A stretch of DNA of 64,000 nucleotides from positions 43 through 64,042 of the forward strand of contig FLMG01000570.1 of NCBI GenBank assembly GCA_900088475.1, written 5' to 3'. Both the position numbers and the translations under genes were made by a program. How positions within the stretch are numbered: the stretch's first letter is position 1; each line of letters starts with the position of its first letter. Source of the stretch: Hyphochytrium catenoides. Its lineage: Eukaryota; Protista; Hyphochytriomycota. Under the pieces are notes generated by a model. The model saw only the letters and a list, made by a program, of their open reading frames with translations. It did no database searches and was not told the DNA's origin. Shown here piece by piece: positions 37,519-51,842 of the stretch.

Positions 37519-38406
37519 CTCAGGACGCAATCGGGTTAACTCCTTGCTACTCTATTTCCCTGGTCTTTCTCGGCCTCTCCTTCACTTGTTCTGCTACCCC
37601 CAATCTCCAAGATTACCTCAACGCACCTCGAGCTATAAATGGCCGGTGTCAATGTAACTTTATCCCGCAGCGAGAGACTCTGTTCATATAAGGAGCATGC
37701 ATTTCAAATCTGTGGTGTACCAAAGAAATGGACATTCAGCACCTAATAAACTTCCCATTGTTAGACCCCCGAGCTTTAGAACGCATCAGGGCACAGCTTG
37801 CCGAGGGTTGGCGGGAGTGGGCAGCAGATTGAATAGCCCTCTTTGGATCAGAGCAAAGCGTCTTCCATGGGACTTTTCGCGTTGCCTCATCCCTTGTACT
37901 TGACCTTATTGGTCTCTCCTGAGCCGACTGATCTCTTCGACGTGGGTCAGCATTGCCTCTGTCTCTACGCTGTCAGTCTCTGACTGCCGGCAAACTGAGC
38001 GGCAAGCGTCATTGACTCGAGCGCGATCTCCCTAATAGACCTTGGGAAAGCCCTTCTACCCAGAAGCCCCACCCACCCTGCAGCTGTAAGTAGGTTGTAT
38101 TTGACAGAAACCTCTACCACCCACCATTGCGTCCGTTTCAGTAGGCGAGCTTCGTCACCGCTTTTATCTGGGTAAGGAAAGGAGCCAAAAGATGCGATTG
38201 ATGACTCTTCTGACTGCTGCGCGTGGATTTGTCCGCTACCCCGGGCCCGCCGCTGCTTATCTGCTAATTATTTCTGGCCTGGGCATCTCCTTCATGGAAA
38301 GAAGTGAGTGCTCGACCTGCTGAGGCGACCGAGCAGCTTCTAAATGAACTAGCTTGAACTCAAGCAGCTGTTAGGCTTAGAGTGTAAGAAGGAAAAGCCA
38401 GCCATC

Positions 38407-41400
38407 ATGAAGAAGGTGAAGGAAGTGCTCAAGAGTCAGGCAGGAACCATCTCGGGAGCGTTTGGTGTGCCGATACCTGATGAGGCCCCGCCAGATAGCC
38501 CTGTCAAGCAGTCGTCTCCTTCAGCCACAGAGCCAACTAGCTTCTCTTTGCCGAGCGAGTACATTGCAGCACCACAGCACAAGCGCAAGTCTGGTAAGAT
38601 CCCTCGAAGACAAGTTCCTTCTTTGGCTTGCTGACATGTCCAGCAGTCATGGCGCCTTTTAAGATCACGGAAGCAGAGAAAGAGACCATGTCACGGAGCT
38701 TCAACCCTGCCGTGGTCTCATTCATTCGTGATGATTGGATCATGAAGCAGATGAAGAATAGGTAGAACCTTGTTTGGTCCCAGAGTACAAAAAGCGACCT
38801 CCTACCCAGAGTCTTCAGCTTTACCATTCTTTTTTGCCTCACTCGTCCAATTCAGACTTCTGTGGCGTCATGATCTTAGGTTTCTGCGCTCACTAACTGG
38901 CTTGTCGCTCGACCCAAAAATCTATAATCTCTTTATTATAGAGAAGCAGAGTTTACAGAATTCGGGTCTGTTAGGGTGCTCGCAGGCACCTGGAATGTAA
39001 ACGCCAAACGTCCAGTAGGGCCTCCCGACTGTCCGCTGGATGAATGGCTCAATGATCGGCTAGATTATCAGCCCGACATTTTCTGCATTGGGTGAGGGAG
39101 GCTTACCACTGTCGCCTTCGACCTTCCGCATCAGTCTATGCCTCTCCTGGCAGTCTCTATCACTCTGCACATAACCTTTATCTGTTTACCTCCTCCTTTC
39201 TTGGACCCTCTTTGGGATACTTCGTAATGCATTTTGTCTCTCTGTTGTTGATATCGGACAAAGCTCAGTGGTGGCTTCTTCTCCTAAATGTCCCTGCGGC
39301 AAGAGCCTTTTTGCTTACAAACCGACTGATTGAGATCAAATACAATCCTTTTGCCTCTTTCTTCTTGCCTCCCCATTATTGCGAAGCTTTCAAGAGATAG
39401 TGGACTTGAATGCGGCAAATGTGGTTGCGGATGGAAAAAGTAAGGAGAGGTCTCAGCAGTGGGCAGAGACTCTAGAGAAGGCTCTGAACGTCATGGGCAC
39501 TGCACGATACCAGCTAGTAAGGCTATCTTTCCCGATTTCTGCTTCTCAACCTTAGTAGTGTTAGAAAGTGGACATGTAGCATAATTGCTTACTCTGATGT
39601 ATGCCATTGTCTAGCTTTGCGCTTAAGATAAGCCGGACTACAAAGCATTCATTAAGTTCTCTGTTTCATCGCGACTAAACCTCCTTTACGTGTAACAGGT
39701 GATGGAGAGGCATCTGGTTGGAATTCTTTTATGCGTCTTCGTCCAAACACGCCATATGGAACATGTCTCAGAAGCAAAGGGCTGCACGGCAGGCGTAGGG
39801 GTCATGGGAGTCATGGTAGGAAGGCTCTCTTTTTGGTCTCCTGCTTATGATCCTTCCAGAGACGTCGGAGTTGGGGGTTCTGCTTCGAAAGAGTCCTCCT
39901 GTTTCTGAAGACATTTTGGCCTTACCGCTTTTTTTTTTTCAGGGCAATAAAGGCGGCGTCTCAATCCGCCTTAATTTCTATGATAGCTCCTTTTGTTTTG
40001 TCTGTGCGCACTTGGCTGCCCATCGAGAGAATGTCGCAGCAAGGAACTCAGACTTCGGCAACATTGTCAGCAAAATCTTTTTAAAGATGAGATGTCTGGT
40101 GTTAGGTATATAGGAGTCTGAAGATGTGATGCAGCTTTCCTCTTCCTTTGATGTGGCTTTCTCTTTACTTTCTTCTTCAGAATACTCATCTGCCAACCAT
40201 CACATCCTCTTACTCAGCTGCCAACCATCACATCCTCAGACTCTATCTCTTCCTATTTACTTTCTGAAGTGGAGTCTTGAGGTCTGAATTTTCCTTTTGT
40301 ATCACTAGCATGGACGGAAGTTATGGGTTGCTCAATCACGATTATGTCATATGGGTTGGAGATCTCAATTATAGGATCGTTGAAGGTGAGTCAACAATGC
40401 GCAAGACACAGCCAATGGCTTTCGAAAGCGAAGAATGAAGGACAGTATAGAAGGGAACAGAAAGTAGTGGGGAACAGTAATAGGTCTAAGAGCAAATGAA
40501 CTAGAGAAAGAGATGATGGAGGAGGCAGTCAACAGCGCTGTATTCAGTTCTTCGAACGTAGAGACAAGAGGTTACGGAGAGGAAATTAAGGTGGTCTTTC
40601 TCGTTACCTTACCTTATAGACATTCCAGTAGAGGAATGCTTTGAGAAGATTGAAAAGGGAGACATCGCCTACTTGGCAGCCAGAGATCAGCTCAACATCG
40701 AGAGAAAAGCCGGCAATGTCTTTCAAGGTTTTGAAGAGGGCCCTCTTCTCTTTGACCCGACATATAAGTATCAGTGTGGAACTAACCACTACGACCGGAG
40801 GCCGGAGAAGAAGATTAGGGCCCCTGCTTGGTAAGCACATTCTATAGCGTTTTTCAGGGCAAAGGGGATATATTCCCCACAAAACGTGGGCAAGCGAAGC
40901 CCTAAGGTCGCTTATGATATCACATCTCTCTTACCTCAAGTCTGGTCACCTAAATGAGTGTCTAGGTGTGATCGTGTGCTCTGGCGGGTACGAAGCGCGC
41001 CGTCAGAGCTTAAACTATTGACTTATAGAAGAGGAGAGTTAGATATGTCAGATCACAAGCCGGTCCAGGCTTCCTTTCAGGCTAAGGTGAAAACTAGGAT
41101 GGGGAGAGGAAAGAGACTTAACTTGCTAAAGTTGCCCTGCCTCTTTGTTAGATAAAAATGATCGTCAAAGAGAAGCAGCGGGCCGTATACCAAGAGATCA
41201 TGCGGCGACTGGACAACTGGGAGAATGAGAATATTCCTAAGGTTAACCTTACCTTCCGAGCCTGGGACTCTTTCGTCAAGCCATGGCTTTATCCGCCTAT
41301 CACTTCCCATAATCTTTCGGGAAAGTCCTGTCTTCTGGTCATTGCCAACGCTAACATCAGCCTTTAGGTGCACATCCAAAGTAACTTCGTCGGATTGGGA

Positions 41401-43160
41401 GATGCGAAGTACTTGGACACAGTGTCTTCGTCGCTATGGATTGAGAATGTGGGTCAAGTTGTGGCACATTTCCGCTTCATTCCAAAGCTGGAAGACAAAC
41501 AGATATGCAAAGTGAGTTCTGCTCTACCCATGAAGCTGTAGCCGATAACTTGCTCTCTAGCATCTGTGCGTTAATGCGTTTTGCCTGCCTGGTGTGATCC
41601 CACTATTAGCTCTTCTTGGAGATGTTCTTCTGCAGTCTGCGCCCCGCTCCATTCCATACAGCCTCTGTCTACGTCGGGTTCCATTCCATGCTGTTAGATG
41701 CTCTTTTCGCTGATCAAGTCAGCCTGCCACTTCGCCCCTACTAGTCCTCCTTATTGCCTTTGTCCGCCCTCTTGGACCCGGTGTTCTTGCTCCACTTTCT
41801 TGATGCTTCCTGTTAGTCCTGACCGCCTGAATTCTTATGTACGTTCAGTCCTGGCTCTCTGTTAGCCCGGCCTTTGGCATGATAATTCCAGGGGAGCGAT
41901 ATGAAATCAAGCTCTCAGCCCACGTAGACACCTCCACGGCGCACCATCTTACAATTGGTCGGGACACTCTTGATGACATTCTCATTCTTAGGGTCGAGAA
42001 TGGGAGAGACTATTTCATCACGGCAGCAGCACGCTATCTGAGGTAAGACATGACAAAGGGAATTTTGGGCAGAAGGAACAGAAGGGACAAGAAAGGGTAG
42101 ACTATTATATTTAGGAGTCAGAGAAGTAGGATGGAACTAGTATCAAGAACAGTACTAGCTACGGTAAAAACCGGGTCTTGTCTCTACAGCTCCTGCTTTG
42201 GTACGAGTCTGCCCCAGCTGGTGCATATTGAAGGCCCGGTAAGGGCTATAGACTTCAGCAAAAAAGACACACATCCTCCTTACTCGGAAAGCGGGGTAAG
42301 GTTTGCCCTGATCGTGGTGGAACTTGGCACTTCTCAAAGTCCTCACACCTCTTTCCAATCCCGACTTATTACCATTGCTCTATATTTAGCGCGTCCAAGC
42401 CATCCCGAAGGAGGTGTGGCGGATGGTCGATGCTCTCAATGCCAATGCGCTGGGAGAGAAATCTCTCTTCCTGGAAGCAGGAACCCCTAAGGAGGTGGAG
42501 GCCTTGCGAGATTGTCTCGATAGAGGGACTCCATTTCCTAGCCACAGGTCAGTTTGCTTTGAGTGCCCTTGATGCTTAGAGTGCCCTTGATGCTGATGCG
42601 CATCCCGATTCCCGCGTTTATAGTGGTCCTCAAACTCAGATCGATGAATTCTCACTTCTAGATTGCTGTTCAAGCTTCATGAACTGCCCTCCACACTTCT
42701 GGCTTTGTTCCTCTAACCCTATACTGACCGATAGCGGCCATATTGGCTTCGTTTCCTCATTTACTCATATCTTTATTTTCTTCCTAGTCCTCACTCGATG
42801 GCTGAAGTCCTCCTGGGGTTCTTGGCCAGTCTTCGCATCCCCGTCGTCACGCCGGACCTGTCAATCCCGTCAGACCTGGATGCTACCAATATCTCCAACT
42901 TCTGTCGACTGCTCCTCGAGAGGCTTCCTCCCGCCCATCGCAATGTTCTACTCTATCTACTTTCCTTTCTCCGCGAGGTGCTGAGGCACCGGGCCATCAA
43001 CCGTTCCTCTCCGGAAAAGCTCGCATTTGTCTTTTCCAAAGTCCTCACAAAGCAACCGCAGCAGGATAGTGGTGTGGAGTTGGAGGATTCAGAGCTCATT
43101 CGCACACGAGCATCAGTGCAGATGATCTTAATGCACTTTCTAACTGTGGCAGCTGTATAA
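38407..43160 (+). CDS. OCRL: inositol polyphosphate 5-phosphatase OCRL/INPP5B (5-phosphatase + ASH + RhoGAP-like)
   Basis: GTWNVN, GFQEIVDL, GNKGGV, FVCAHLAAH, WVGDLNYR, PTYKY, PAWCDRVLW, SDHKPV; ASH domain (WLSVSPAFG...DDILILRVENGRDYF); RhoGAP-like domain (IPKEVWRMVD, LFLEAG without catalytic Arg). One frame conflict near 40080. Confidence 0.93.
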
Positions 43161-43224
43161 GTATTATAATGGACAAGTCCGGCTATCCAAACACATCACG
43201 GGGTGCTGTCTACTAATCTCATAT

Positions 43225-46200
43225 TTACTTGCTGAAAAATATACCAAAGACCACAAACCCTATAATCATGGCCAGATTTGCGTAGGGCACGATAGCCTCC
43301 ATTAGCGCAAGGTGATCTGCTAGGCTCATATAGAAAAAGAATAGAGCGAAAGACAACGTAAGCTGCTTCCACGGTATTCCCCCGTACTTAGCCAAGAAGC
43401 TTTCCGTTGGATCGTCTCCGATGTCCGGTTCTTCATAGTCCTCCTGGAAAAGTTCCTGCAGATGTTGTCGAGCACGAATCCGCAGGTGATAGGTTAGCGA
43501 TTAGGAACGGTTAACCGCAGGGCCAACAACTAAGCCAGGGGCGAAGTAGAAGGTACTCGAAATGCAGCGGAGGGGCGCTTAGGTCCACGAAGAACTGATG
43601 TAACCTATTAAGTTTAGACCATACCAAGATTGCCAGAGGCTGATCGATCTGCCTAACTTTGTCCAATATCTCCTCAATGAGCTCAGGATGGCTCTTACGG
43701 AACTCCACAAAATCTTCACGCTCGTAGAACTCTCCAAGGTTTGATACAATGCAGAGAAGGGCTCTCTGTTTAGGAAATAACCCCGATGAGAGGAGAAAGA
43801 CCAGGGCAGGAAGATGAAAGAGATGAGCTTTCTCCACATATTTCCTAGCTGAGGGCCGAACGGGCCATGGCACAGACAATAAGGATCGGGCCAAGAACTG
43901 ACTACGGACGAGGTAGAGAAGACAAATAATGGAAAGATACAGTAGAAGTCTAGGGGATCGCTGGCCTTAAAAACGCTTCTTACGTACCTCTTTTAGAGTC
44001 TTTGCATTTATAAAGCCTGCCACTGATGCCATTTCTAGGCAGTTCTCCTTGTTTAGGGGAATCGCGCTCTCACAAATTGCTACAAATAAGACCGACTCGG
44101 TTAGTAAAAGCACGTAGGATCAATAGCTCCATCCCTCTTCCCCAAGAACCAAGAAGGAACGTTCGCCCACGTACTACCCTAGTAACTCCCTTGATCATCA
44201 CAAAACTTACTCTTCAGTCGGAAGATACCATAGCGGTCGGCCGCGACCATGTCATGCACCAAGGCCTAAAGGGAGTTACGATATGGGTAAGTAAAAGCTG
44301 ATAACAGTCGCTACTCAGAATTCATGGCTCATTTACAGTTGCAATTCCTACCTCCTCGCTTGCTGCAGTCAGGGTCCCTGTGTAGAGGAATAGCAGCATC
44401 CGTAGAAACACCGGATACGTATCTGGAACTAGGATCTAAGTAAATAGCCATAAAAAAGGGAGGAGCTTGAGATTAGACTGGTTAAAAGAGGAAACTGCGC
44501 GGTAGTAGCGCAGAGGAGGCTCTTCATGAAGCTCTATTTTGGAGGTATGCAGGACGGGGCAGAACAGTCAAGAAGACAGGCAAGTCAGACCTCTGTGATT
44601 CCTGCGCCTTCGCTCTCTTTCATCCCGCTGTTGAACATCGCCCGGAAGTATTCTGACCGTAAGACGAGAACTACCTTATGTGCGTAGATGTGCTTGTCCT
44701 CTGAGAGTTAATTGCATGAGACAATCTTATTAGGCTTGTCGTCAGATCAACAGTAGGTGGCAGAACCTGAAGAACTAGCAGAAGGAAACTAGAATCTCGA
44801 GGTTTGCATCCTAGGCTGAGTAGATAAAGGGGAATTCAGCTTGTAAAAAGCCCCAAACAGAGATACAGAGACTTAGACCAGAACCAAAAGAAGTAAGAGT
44901 TTCCTCCTAGCCCGGATAGGATACTCTCTTACCTGCGATAAAGCGTACGTCCGCCCATCGATTGTCTCCCAATGCACCTTAATTGGAGCCAGCCGAAGGT
45001 ACGTGAGAAGATAGGATGTTAGGATAACGAACAAAAAAGAGAATGACGCCAGAAAATGACTAGTTAGGGGAAGTGTTTGTAGAGAACCTCCAATGTCGTA
45101 GGACAGTGATGACGGCGGTAGGAGGATAGGTCCTGGTTTGCGGTCCAAGCTCACGTCTCTCATATTTAAAGCCTTGTCACACATAGCTTCTAGTCGTGGA
45201 AGCTGGCAGCTTCAATGAACAAAGGAAAGAGCAACTTAGTAGTTCATACCCCGTACTAAAGGTCAGCATTGGTCAGAGACTCAGGTTAGGATTTAGGGGT
45301 GGTGCAAAACGTTTGATTAAGCAAAAGGTGAGCTTACATCTTTGCTGCCCTCTTGAGCTCGAGAGGTACTGAAGATGCTGGGTCGAGTACCACGGAGCAA
45401 ATGTTGTCGCTGTAGAGATACTCCAGTAGCAACTCAGCTATCTCATACCTACATGAATGACGTCGGCACGCTATAGTGGAGATGTTGACGAGAGGGAGTC
45501 GCTAATCGGTTTATAAACGATCAATCAGGAAAAGGGCTGAGAAACAGAAGAAGCCACTGGTTCAGGAAGGCGTAGGGGCGATAAGTCAAAGTGCCATAAG
45601 CAGAATTGAGAGTATAGACCTTATTTCTCCTAAGACTATTTCCGTGAGCCTGCCCGGCCTCTCTTCCGCCTGAATAAGATCTCTAAGGTAGGGGGAGCGC
45701 TTGGATAGAACCTATTAGAAGTAAGAGCAGGTAGAAGAAAAGTTTGGACTATCAGGATTTAAATGTCAACAGAGTCATGAGGCTTTCCACGGGTGTCTCA
45801 GTCCTGTCGTCTTTCACCTCAAATCGATCATCTCTGCTCTCTAGGTCTTCATGGATCCCTTACCAGCTTATGTGCCACCAGGGATCTGCCTCCCACAAGC
45901 ACGAGGACATCGGCGAGAGATTCTCTATCATAGTAGCGTGATGGGAGTTGTGGTACATCCTCCTGCGAGAACTGCTGCAAGACACGACTCTGTGCAGCTC
46001 GGCAATACTGAAGCCCTCGGCGAAAGTCTTGACCCAGGAATATGCTGGATGTTACGACAAAGGTTTGGCTGGCCAAGAAACGGGCAGAGGGCGAAAATTC
46101 GGGCTGGTTAGTACAACGCTGACGGGAAGCCTTATGTTTCTAGGATGGATTACGGTATGCATGCAGTTAACGAGAAGTAAGGGAACAGGCCCAGTAATAT

Positions 46201-48763
46201 GAGTCAAGAATGCTCTACCGCCTAGGGCCGAAGAGGAAGACCAAAAGCCAAACTCACCGTCCACCACAGCAAACGGCTTCAACTTTCTTCTCTCCCACCG
46301 CATTAAGGTGCGGAGCGCTAGGCTGAGGAAGGGGCTGGATCAACTCGTGCCCGCCACCTAGCGCCCCACAGATCCCGTCGCCCCACAGAAGTAGATCTCC
46401 AGCGGAGGTAACGGCTGCAGAGTGTAACTCTCCGGCTAAAGTAGGTATGAAGAACGAGACGGAAACGAAAAGTTTGAGGCGACGGTCACATATATTAAAA
46501 ACGTATACAAACCAACCCGCCTGCCCATACTGCCGGTCAAAAAGGACGATAAGTTTACCGAGCTCAGAATATTTAAGCACGCACAGCACAATTCAATCAG
46601 CGCACGTATCGATAGAGGATCCATAGTCGACCTACCTGCAGCCCCTTTTATGTGTCGCCCTTGGAGGCACTTAATCAGACGAGGCCGAAGCCAGGGTAGA
46701 TGGAGAGAGTCAGCCAGTAGTTGACTCTGCTTGGATCCCGAGCGCCCAGAGTTCCGAGAGCTCACCAGGCTGAATGAAAGACAGAAGAATAAATTGCGCA
46801 AAATTTGTTATTCCAACTGTCAATTGTAAAGGACCATACTATTACTCTAAACAGCAGTTGACGGTGCATCTACACCCGCCACCAAGGTCAAGAGGGACTA
46901 CATGGAGATGGGACGATTGGAGAGAATAATGCCAAACGCACAAGCTTAGAGGCACTCTTACCTTCGTTGTCTTAGAGCTCTAAGTTTTCCCTTCATGATG
47001 TGATCGCTATGTCCAAGGGCAAAACCTCCATCCCCTCCCCAACTCCAGAGTGAACCATCGGCATCTATTGCAAGGGAATGGCGGGAGCCACAAGCTACGC
47101 TAGAGAAGCGTACGAATTGCCCGGATCCTGATGTTGGGAGACAAAGAATGCATAAGGCGATATTAGGTAATAATATCAAGTGGGCAAATGAGATCAAGCG
47201 GGTTATCTCCCCGTTTAACCTAAAAGATCTAGAAGTAAAGGGAACCAGCCAGGAGCTGTCTCTGCCTCCCGCGTTAGCGGGGGGAATAAGAATGCGAATG
47301 ATTCGAGCAGTTATCTCTATCGCCTCTAACCTTGATGTCTAACCACAACTTCCGCGGGGAGGTTGCAGTCATCTCCATATCCGGTTCCGAGCTGGCCGTT
47401 GATCCCCCTCCCCCAAGCGTACAGTCGTCCATCGTCGTCCAGAGCGAGACTGTGAGCCTCGCCACACTCTACCTGAAGTGCTTATCAATAGAGGGCTAAT
47501 CCACGGGGAGAATGTAATGAAAGAGGGAGCCCCCGGATTTTGGGGCAGGGGAGCCGGGCCAGACGCAGCGCCGGAGCTCAGGAAGCCAACCCAGACCGGA
47601 TAACAGATTTAACGCTAAAATAGACGTAGTACAAGAACAATCAAAGACAGTATGCGGGAGAAGCTGGCTACGGCACCTGAGTGAATCTTTTGCCGGACAA
47701 GTTCAAGACCCGACCAGGACGAAGCTTAAAACGCGGGTATTGTTTTCTGTGGTTGTTTCTCCAGGTCGGCTGAGTTATCAGTGGCGGACTGCCTTGGCCT
47801 AGAACGTCAGATTCGTCAGACTCCACCAGGTAGTAAGAGCGGCGTGGGTTACCATGCATGTCCCCCCATCAATAGATATAAGCCAAACTACTGAAGGATG
47901 TGCAAGTCGAAGGACATGATTTTGAATATGAAGACGCTCAGGTAGAAGTGCGATAAGATGAAGAAGGAGGTGTCTTTAGAGCCGTGCGAAGTCAAAGTGT
48001 AAAATGGACGAGACCTAGTCTTCCAGTTGCCCATCGGCCCCATGAATAAAGTTTGCCCTTCTCCGTCAGGGCCACCGAAAAGCCAGCACCACATGCCACA
48101 GTGCGGCACCGACGGCGAGCTAGTGCGCCATGAACTGGTTGAGGCAACCACTCCGATCGCCCACGGCCGGTGCCCAATGCCCCTCCAGCACCCCAGCAAT
48201 AGACCTACATAATCAATATCTAAGTAACNNNNNNNNNNNNNNNNNNNNNNNNNNNNNNNNNNNNNNNNNNNNNNNTCCCATCGCCACCCCCCATCTGACC
48301 TTGCCACTTTGCGAAACCACGGCGGTATGACATCCCGCACCATCCCCTCCGGCAGCCACATGACTGAGGAGTATCGGTTCCGACTCCTGGCTCGTAAACC
48401 ACTCCACCAACCGCCAAGCATTTTCAGACTGGGCGGAACCGTGCCCAAGGGCACCGTCTTCTCCTCTTCCGCATGTGTACGCCAAGCCCAAATCAGAAAG
48501 TAGAATCTGCCCAAAGAATGGGTATTGGTTAGCCCTTTGCTGCAGCCTTGCAGGATTACCTTAGCAACGACAACTCACACTGTGGTGGGGACTGGATGAT
48601 ACGAGAACAACACGNNNNNNNNNNNNNNNNNNNNNNNNNNNNNNNNNNNNNNNNNNACCAACACCTTTGGTGAGGAGCAATTTATTCTCTCTCCAGTTCC
48701 CAAAGCCCCTTCGTCTCCTTTTCCCCATGCGTAGGCCTCCACAAACTGAGGATCGTCGCCCAT
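43225..48763 (-). CDS. RCC1-repeat + two BTB domain protein with a C-terminal transmembrane hairpin
   Basis: RCC1 blades (YAWGKGDEGALG, VECGEAHSLAL..LYAWGRGINGQLG, VACGSRHSLA). BTB1 ADVLVLVGGRSLVAHKLVL..RSPYL. BTB2 ADVRFIAEDKHIYAHKVVLVLRSEYFRAMFNSGMKES. The last exon ends in two hydrophobic helices. Two N gaps fall in the 5' part. Confidence 0.85.
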
Positions 48764-49486
48764 TTTTCCTACAGAGATACTACCGATTGAATACACGAAT
48801 GCGACAGAAGAGTTAGCTATAGAAAGAGTAAAGGAGATGTACATGGCCCAAAACGGAGGATTCTCATCTTTTCCTGCTAGTCGTCACTAACATTGATGAA
48901 CGGGTGTGAACACTATCGTCATCAGCAGCTTCATCATCCGTTGCATCCTCAGCGTCGCTATCCATTGTGCTAGGTCCAGCCTGGCTGACGTTCGCCCTTC
49001 CTTCTCTCTGCAGTTCCCGTCTGACGTTAACAACCTTAACGATAATGGCCGCTGTGATGACATATTAATGGGAAGAGGGTCAACATTGTGATGTTAGACA
49101 GGAGAGTAATGGCCATCTTATCCCTCGCCCTCAGATGTCTCTCATAACTCCACGACGCCAGCTGCCCTCAAGCTGTTGTTGATTTCTTTTCACGCCATTG
49201 CCTTCCTCTTTTCTTAATCTCTCCCGCTCTGCCTCACTGCTGACCTTTCACGCAATTCCGATCCTACCTTCTTCCTTTCTCTTGGGGATACCGAATTGCT
49301 CCTTGTCTTCAGCATTCATTTTAGCTTCACAGTGCACGAGGTCTTTGCCAGATACGAGGAGGCTATGCCTGACATAAGTCACCTCAAAGCTTGCTATCCT
49401 TTCATTGTTAGCTCCCGTTGTTGTTGCATGGAAGAGAAGTTTAGTCTTGATCATAAATCCAAGACCCCAAGTCCCACCCCACTGGT

Positions 49487-51460
49487 TCACGTTAACGTCG
49501 ATCTGATGAGAACAAAATCGAAAGTCAGTCACCCAGTCTGTCAGTATGATGGGCGGCACGCAGAAATGTGAGATAGACGTTGCTATATATAAGAACACCA
49601 AGAAAGGGCTCGGGACCAGATATACATCAACTCCAGACCCGCTGTTGAGTCCAGCATGCACATCGAGGGCGATGAGGTGCTGAGAAGATTGCGATATCTA
49701 GTTGAATGAGGAGTGAGGACCTGGATGGGGCTGGCTGCAGATTGATCCAAAAGAAGCTCCAGAGTGGGTATAGATGGTATTGTCCAACGAAGCCCCCTCT
49801 CCGCCTCTCGACTGATGACTGTTCTGCTGCACCATCTCGTCATCGCTGTTGCGTAGCTCTGAGCCTTCCGGAGATTGAGAAGGAGCACAGAGATGAGTGA
49901 TGAAGAGACCGCACGTGAGAGGAACATAAAGTGGCAGGCGTTAGGGCGATAGACGTCAAAAGAGACTATTATAACCAACAATCGGAGAGCGCTGACGGCC
50001 TGACTGAAGTAAGAAGAAGACGACGAGACTCCCGGCTCAAAAGAGAACAGGACTGGATAAGTATGCAAGACAGAATGCATAGACACGCCGTAAAGGGTTT
50101 AGCTGAGCAGTAACTACTAGACACGTGTTTCCTTGAGAGTGGCGGCGTTTTACCTGCACCTTACTGGGTAGATGATTGGTTTGCACGATGGCTTGAGTGA
50201 TGAGAAGCAGCAGAGAGTCATAGCCGCCGCGGATGGACAGGCGCCGCCCATTTAGCTCGAAGCTGTCAGACTTGATGTCTAGCATTATCTGCATTTGGTA
50301 AGTAGTAAGGGTCACTTTAAAGCAAGAAGATGAGGAAAGCCAAAGACAGATGACATTCCGTCAATAAAGAGAGAACAAGAACGATACTAATACATGGTAA
50401 GAAAGAATTCAGTATGAGCGAAGGAAGAAGCACCCATTGTACTAGACCAAAGACTGGGAAGCCCGTCTGCAGTGCATGACATAGCCTCTTATACCTGCCG
50501 CTTGCTGACTGCAGCTGCTTTAGAGTCTTCCGGCACTTCACTGCTCAACCATCGCTTATCCGGGACGAGGAGGAGGAGGGTCCGCTCCTGATTTCCAGGA
50601 CTTTCTCCTAGTCCCAGAAGCTCGACTGTGGCCTAACAGAGATGAGGTGAAAGCGGGCCCAAGGTTGAATAAGGCAGAGCTTATTGCAAAGGCTAAAACT
50701 TCCAAGGAAGTTTGAGAGAAGTAGCATATAGGTGAAAGCTATGATGACGTCCGAGATATGCAAGGACTCTCAAGGATCAAGCAGCAACCTCTAGCCATTG
50801 CAAAGCCGTTTCGCAGCTTAGCAGCGTTTGTCGAAAGATTTCTCCCTCCTCCTGGCTCAATGTCTTTAACGCCTCGCTTGGCTCTAGGTGCAAGCTCTCT
50901 AGCACTAGAGAGGGCCATCGGTGGCGCTGTAGATCAGACTGGTTTCGTACAAGGGCAGAAAGAGCAGAATCCAGCACTCGTCGTCCTCTTAGAGCCTTAT
51001 GAAGGANNNNNNNNNNNNNNNNNNNNNNNNNNNNNNNNNNNNNNNNNNNNNNNNNNNNNNNNNNNNNNNNNNNNNNNNNCCTCATCCGGATCATGCTCTT
51101 CCCTTTCTGGCATTAGCCCACCCTCGCACTCATAGAAACCCTCATCAGGGCTATTCCCAGCCACCGCTTTTACCATCATGGAGGTAGCCTCCGGCCGGGC
51201 AACCTCAGAGGTCATCCTTCGGTAAGGACCTTACCAAAGGCCGTACTGCTAAGTGTGGCAGCAGCAGCAGGCTTTCTCCTCTGGAGCCTTTCCAGTGAGC
51301 GAAGAGCAAGACCAGTTTGCACCGCGTCCGCAGAGTCTGTATGAAGACTGTTGAGGCAGCTCCTAACCAGACAAAACTCAAGAGGATAGGCGGTAAGGCC
51401 GGATCTCTGGAAGTCACGGCAGAGACAAGCCTTTGCTGGGGAGCGCTCTATGTTGAACAT
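49487..51460 (-). CDS. hypothetical multi-exon protein (boundaries uncertain)
   Basis: Phase-compatible GT-AG-flanked open exons (LHKALRGRR...ALQWLE / ATVELLG...SKRQ / IMLDIKSD...SKVQ / AQSYATAM...). N gap at 51007-51079. No domain recognised. Confidence 0.45.
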
Positions 51461-51842
51461 TGCAGCGCTTGTGTCCTTTCATTCTCCTATCATTTCCTAT
51501 GGAACATCATCAGAGATAGCCGCTAACGCCCTCTTCCCTCTTCCAGCTTCAACCTGAGGATTATGATTTCTGGGGCTTTCTTGGTGGAGCCTAGAGAAGG
51601 AGATGCAATAATTCTCTACTGTCGCAAGCGAAGGCAGCACTTAGGCGGAGGCCGAAGTAGGCTTACTTGAGGCTAGCATCCAGCATAGCGCCTCACAATG
51701 GCATATGGGGAGGCTGTCACCAGAATGAGTAGCTCTTCTCTATAGTAATATTGGTGTATGTATTGAAGCTTGGAAGAGTGCGCTAAGAACCGAGCCTGAC
51801 TTTTTTGGCGTGAGAATAAATAGCTAGGTCGGTCTTGACTCA

